Shown in pieces: positions 60,444 through 64,000 of a stretch of DNA of 64,000 bases. Both the position numbers and the translations under genes were made by a program. The notes below the pieces were generated by a model, which was given only the letters and a program-made list of their open reading frames with translations, was not told the origin of the DNA and did no database searches. Numbering within the stretch: position 1 is the stretch's first letter; each line of letters starts with the position of its first letter. Origin of the DNA: an uncultured Flavobacteriales bacterium (GTDB lineage Bacteria > Bacteroidota > Bacteroidia > Flavobacteriales_D > CAJJDF01); assembly GCA_937129365.1 (NCBI GenBank), contig CAKZNB010000033.1, forward strand, positions 4,754 through 68,753, given 5' to 3'.

Positions 60444-61316
60444 ATGATACTAATAGACGGTAAAAAAACTTCGCTCGAAATACAAGACGAGATAAAAGAA
60501 GAAGTAACGTATTTAAAATCCAAAGGGAAGAAAATTCCTCATTTGGCTGCCGTTCTTGTTGGAAATAATGGGGCTAGTAAAACTTATGTTAATGCTAAGG
60601 TTGTTGCTTGTGAGAGAGTTGGGTTTGAAAGTACTTTAGTAAGATTACCTGATACCATTTCGGAAGATGAGTTACTTCATAAAATAGAGAAATTAAACCA
60701 AAATGAAGAGATTGATGGATTTATCGTTCAATTACCTTTACCGGATCACATTAGCGAGAAAAAAGTAACTCAAGCCATTAGTGCCAAAAAAGATGTAGAT
60801 GGTTTTCACCCAGAAAACATTGGAAGAACTGCTTTAAATCTCCCAGCATTTTTGCCTGCAACACCTTTTGGGATTTTACAATTATTAGAAAGGTACAACA
60901 TTGAAACTTCAGGGAAACACTGTGTGGTAGTGGGAAGAAGTAACATTGTAGGAGCACCAATAAGCATTATGATGGGAAGAAATGCTTACCCAGGAAATAG
61001 TACAGTAACTTTAACCCATAGTCGAACGGTTAATTTAAAAGAATTAACTTTAATGGCTGATATATTGATTGTTGCACTCGGTAAACCAGAATTTATAACA
61101 GCCGATATGGTGAAAGAAAATGCTGTAGTAATTGATGTAGGAATTACAAGAATTGCTGATAAAACTAAAAAGAACGGGTATCGATTAGTTGGAGATGTGA
61201 AATTTGATGAAGTAGCTGAAAAATCATCTTTTATTACCCCAGTTCCAGGTGGAGTGGGTCCAATGACGATAGCTTCGTTATTGAAGAATACATTGTTAGC
61301 TTCTAAAAGAAAATAA
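60444..61316 (+). CDS. folD: Bifunctional methylenetetrahydrofolate dehydrogenase / methenyl-THF cyclohydrolase
   Basis: YVNAKVVACERVG, VQLPLP, VVGRSNIVGAP and PVPGGVGPMT. Confidence 0.93.
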   Translation: MILIDGKKTSLEIQDEIKEEVTYLKSKGKKIPHLAAVLVGNNGASKTYVNAKVVACERVGFESTLVRLPDTISEDELLHKIEKLNQNEEIDGFIVQLPLPDHISEKKVTQAISAKKDVDGFHPENIGRTALNLPAFLPATPFGILQLLERYNIETSGKHCVVVGRSNIVGAPISIMMGRNAYPGNSTVTLTHSRTVNLKELTLMADILIVALGKPEFITADMVKENAVVIDVGITRIADKTKKNGYRLVGDVKFDEVAEKSSFITPVPGGVGPMTIASLLKNTLLASKRK

Positions 61317-61894
61317 TGGAAAAGTCTAGATGTTCTTGGTGTGGTACTGACCTAATTTATGTGAAATACCATGATGAGTTATGGGGCGTTCCGGTTTATG
61401 ACAGTAAAGATTTATTTGCCAAATTAATTTTAGATGGAGCCCAAGCGGGATTGAGTTGGATTACGATTCTTAAAAAATGGGACGGATATTACAGAGCTTT
61501 TGATGGACTAGATCCTGATATAATGGCAACCTATGACGAAGCCAAAATCCAAGAATTAATTGTGGATGAAGGGATTGTAAGAAATAAACTAAAAATACGA
61601 GCAGCTGTAACCAATGCTCAAGCCTATTTGAAAATAGAAGAAGAGAAAGGTAGTTTTTCTGAGTATCTGTGGAGTTTTGTAAATGGAAAAGTAATTACCA
61701 ATTCATTAAAAGATATGAGTGAAGCACCAGCTACTTCTCCAGAATCGGATGCGATGAGTAAAGATTTGAAAAAGAGAGGGTTTAAGTTTGTTGGGTCAAC
61801 TATTTGTTATGCATTTATGCAAGCAGTGGGAATGGTTAATGATCATTTTACGGATTGTTTTAGGTATGAGGAGGTTAAAAAACTGGCAAAATAG
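61316..61894 (+). CDS. tag: DNA-3-methyladenine glycosylase I
   Basis: RCSWCGTDLIYVKYHDELWGVP, GLSWITIL and the C-terminal HFTDCF zinc-site pattern. Confidence 0.9.
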   Translation: MEKSRCSWCGTDLIYVKYHDELWGVPVYDSKDLFAKLILDGAQAGLSWITILKKWDGYYRAFDGLDPDIMATYDEAKIQELIVDEGIVRNKLKIRAAVTNAQAYLKIEEEKGSFSEYLWSFVNGKVITNSLKDMSEAPATSPESDAMSKDLKKRGFKFVGSTICYAFMQAVGMVNDHFTDCFRYEEVKKLAK

Positions 61895-61912
61895 TTCAAG
61901 TCTTATTAAATT

Positions 61913-61989
61913 GTCATTCCTGCGAAGGCAGGAATCTATAACACGAGTATATTGCCATTAACGAAGATTCCTGCCTTCGCAGGAATGAC
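61913..61989. repeat. Inverted pair of the palindromic GTCATTCCTGCGAAGGCAGGAATC element
   Basis: Arms at 61913-61936 and 61966-61989 are exact reverse complements. Each arm is also its own hairpin (ATTCCTGC-GAA-GGCAGGAAT). Sits between tag and rnz. Confidence 0.75.
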
Positions 61990-62015
61990 AGTAAAAGATA
62001 TAGGTAGTTGATAAA

Positions 62016-62936
62016 ATGAACAAATTCGAAGTAATCATATTAGGAAGCGGAAGTGCATTGCCCACTCTCAAAAAGAGACCAACTTCTCAATTGGTACATT
62101 ATTCTAATAAATACTTTTTGATTGATTGTGGGGAAGGAACTCAAGTACAATTGCGAAAAGCAAAAGTGAGTTTTCTTAAAATTAATAATATTTTTATTTC
62201 CCATTTGCATGGCGATCATTATTTTGGATTGGTTGGATTAATTTCTTCTATGCATTTGTTGGGACGAGTAGCTGATTTAAATGTGTATGCCCCAGCTGAA
62301 CTCAAAGAAATTATTTACATCCAATTACGGGCTTCTTATACACAATTGAGATTTAAGTTGGTGTTTCACGAATTAGCAAGCAAGGAAACCGAACAAATTT
62401 TTGAAGATAAAAATCTGAAGGTTCATACTATTCCTTTGAAACACAAGATTTATACAAATGGTTTTTTACTCAAAGAAAAACCGAGGACAAGAAAAATGAA
62501 AGCCGAAAAGCTGAAGTTTTACGAAATACCTCATTACAAAATTGATGGAATAAAACAGGGAGACGATTTTGTAACTGAAAATGGCGAAACTATCGATAAT
62601 AATAAACTTACTTTTCCGCCAGAAGAGTCTAGAAGCTATGCTTTTTGTTCTGACACAGCTTATAGAGAAAAGATAATTCCTATTATTAAGGGAGTAACCA
62701 TGTTGTACCACGAAACTACTTTTTTGGAAAAGGACAGTGAATTGGCTAAAAAAACATTACACTCAACAGCCAAACAAGCTGGAAGTATTGCCAAGCAGGC
62801 AGAAGTTGGAAAATTATTGATTGGTCATTTCTCTGCTCGTTACAACGAAGAAGATTACCCTAGTTTTATTGAAGAAGTGAAACAGGAGTTTGAAAATGTA
62901 GAAGTTGCTGTAGAACAGAGTGTTTATAAGGTTTAA
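62016..62936 (+). CDS. rnz: Ribonuclease Z
   Basis: Metallo-beta-lactamase motif ISHLHGDHYFGL, N-terminal ILGSGSALPT and C-terminal LLIGHFSARY. Confidence 0.9.
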   Translation: MNKFEVIILGSGSALPTLKKRPTSQLVHYSNKYFLIDCGEGTQVQLRKAKVSFLKINNIFISHLHGDHYFGLVGLISSMHLLGRVADLNVYAPAELKEIIYIQLRASYTQLRFKLVFHELASKETEQIFEDKNLKVHTIPLKHKIYTNGFLLKEKPRTRKMKAEKLKFYEIPHYKIDGIKQGDDFVTENGETIDNNKLTFPPEESRSYAFCSDTAYREKIIPIIKGVTMLYHETTFLEKDSELAKKTLHSTAKQAGSIAKQAEVGKLLIGHFSARYNEEDYPSFIEEVKQEFENVEVAVEQSVYKV

Positions 62937-62953
62937 AGACTAATGATAAACTT

Positions 62954-63385
62954 TTACAATTCATGAAGTTTACCAATTTCTTTATAAACGTTCATATGAT
63001 GTTTAACAAAAGGTCTGTGAGTATTGATTTCATTTTCACTATAAATAGTGAAAATATTATTCTTAAAAACTATACTGTCACCTACTTTAGTAGTAAAACA
63101 ACTTAATACAATTTCTGCTTTTTTATTTTTTATAACACAGAAATAAGCTTTTAAAGATTTTCTTATGTCATATTCTTTAATTGAAGAATAATTTAATTTT
63201 GCTTCAATTAAACAGTTTGATCCAGTTGCAAATTTCTTATTAGTTACAATTCCAGAAAATTCTATATGACCAAAATCTTTTATGTTTTGATTAATTGTGT
63301 CTCTCTTACATTTTTCAACTAAAAGACCTGTTAGGACTAATAATATGATAAATATTGAAATAAGTTTTACAATTCGAATTGTCAT
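62954..63385 (-). CDS. Hypothetical membrane-anchored protein
   Basis: N-terminal TM helix. No recognisable family. Confidence 0.4.
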   Translation of the reverse strand: MTIRIVKLISIFIILLVLTGLLVEKCKRDTINQNIKDFGHIEFSGIVTNKKFATGSNCLIEAKLNYSSIKEYDIRKSLKAYFCVIKNKKAEIVLSCFTTKVGDSIVFKNNIFTIYSENEINTHRPFVKHHMNVYKEIGKLHEL

Positions 63386-63398
63386 TTAAAATATTTTA

Positions 63399-63950
63399 TC
63401 AACTATTCTCCCCAACATAAACCTTATAATCCTCCATACTCTGGCGAATTATCTGCTTAGCCGTTTTAGCATCTTGAAACTCTTCAACTTGCACTTCTTT
63501 ATTTTCAAGTTTCTTGTAGTCTTCAAAGAAGTTACGCAATTCTTTAATCCAAAATTCGGGTAAATCTGTTATATCATTCATGTGGTTCACACTCATGTCA
63601 TTTTCTGCAACGGCAATTATTTTATCGTCCATTTCACCTCCATCAATCATGCGCATTACTCCAATTACTTTTGCCGATACAATACACATAGGTACAACCG
63701 CAATTTGTGAAAGCACCATAATATCCAATGGATCTTTATCGTCACAATACGTTTGAGGGATAAATCCATAATTAGCAGGGTAGTGCATGGAAGAGAAAAT
63801 AACTCTATCCATCAATAGCATTCCTGATTCTTTGTCAAGCTCGTATTTTGCTCTAGTATTTTTAGGAATCTCAATGATTCCATTTACAATATCTGGAGTG
63901 TTGTTTCCAATATTTACTTTATGCCAAGGGTTAGTTTTGTCAATATTCAT
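63399..63950 (-). CDS. ppa: Inorganic diphosphatase (family I)
   Basis: [30 protein letters not shown]-like [10 protein letters not shown] and DDKIIAV. Confidence 0.93.
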   Translation of the reverse strand: MNIDKTNPWHKVNIGNNTPDIVNGIIEIPKNTRAKYELDKESGMLLMDRVIFSSMHYPANYGFIPQTYCDDKDPLDIMVLSQIAVVPMCIVSAKVIGVMRMIDGGEMDDKIIAVAENDMSVNHMNDITDLPEFWIKELRNFFEDYKKLENKEVQVEEFQDAKTAKQIIRQSMEDYKVYVGENS

Positions 63951-64000
63951 TTTTAGAAATTATTTTTTAGTTTTTCTTTTCTAATCATATGAACTTCAAA

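Noticed and set aside
1-64000. Searched for tRNA/rRNA genes, CRISPR arrays, integrases, reverse transcriptases, toxin-antitoxin pairs and known phage-defence genes
   Set aside because: No sequence with these hallmarks was seen. The stand-alone HsdR_N-like protein (44976-45422) has no methylase, specificity or helicase partner, so I do not call it a restriction system.

Overview
Low-GC chromosomal segment, almost certainly Bacteroidota and probably a Flavobacteriia-like organism. The evidence is many T9SS C-terminal sorting domains, TAnnTTTG -7 promoter boxes, MKK-type lipoprotein and signal peptides, and OmpA/TSP3 proteins. Most of the window is housekeeping: pckA (partial), alaS, phoH, radC, clpX, ribD, surE, murB, argS, ffh, folD, tag, rnz and ppa. 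These are interleaved with envelope and secreted-protein genes. No rRNA, tRNA, CRISPR array, integrase or recognisable phage-defence gene was found. Six things stand out. (1) A bipartite palindromic motif, TT[CT]ATGAAAAAAA-N8-TTCATGAA, has its two half-sites exactly 21 bp apart. It occurs five times, always just upstream of genes for exported proteins, including each of three tandem T9SS type-B cargo paralogues. (2) That tandem paralogue triplet carries a gene-conversion tract. (3) A 2.7 kb LRR/PKD/T9SS gene sits in the 3' end of alaS, bracketed by a roughly 170 bp diverged direct duplication of the alaS 3' end, which leaves an intact-frame alaS tail remnant. (4) An IS200-like HUH/Y1 (RAYT-type) transposase gene lacks a canonical start and lies next to four REP-like hairpin elements. 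(5) A co-directional cluster encodes a Cys-motif small protein, an outer-membrane barrel, an MbnP-like lipoprotein and a di-haem MbnH/CCP-like peroxidase. (6) A 2099-aa thioester (CAEQ) alpha-2-macroglobulin lipoprotein has no adjacent pbpC.
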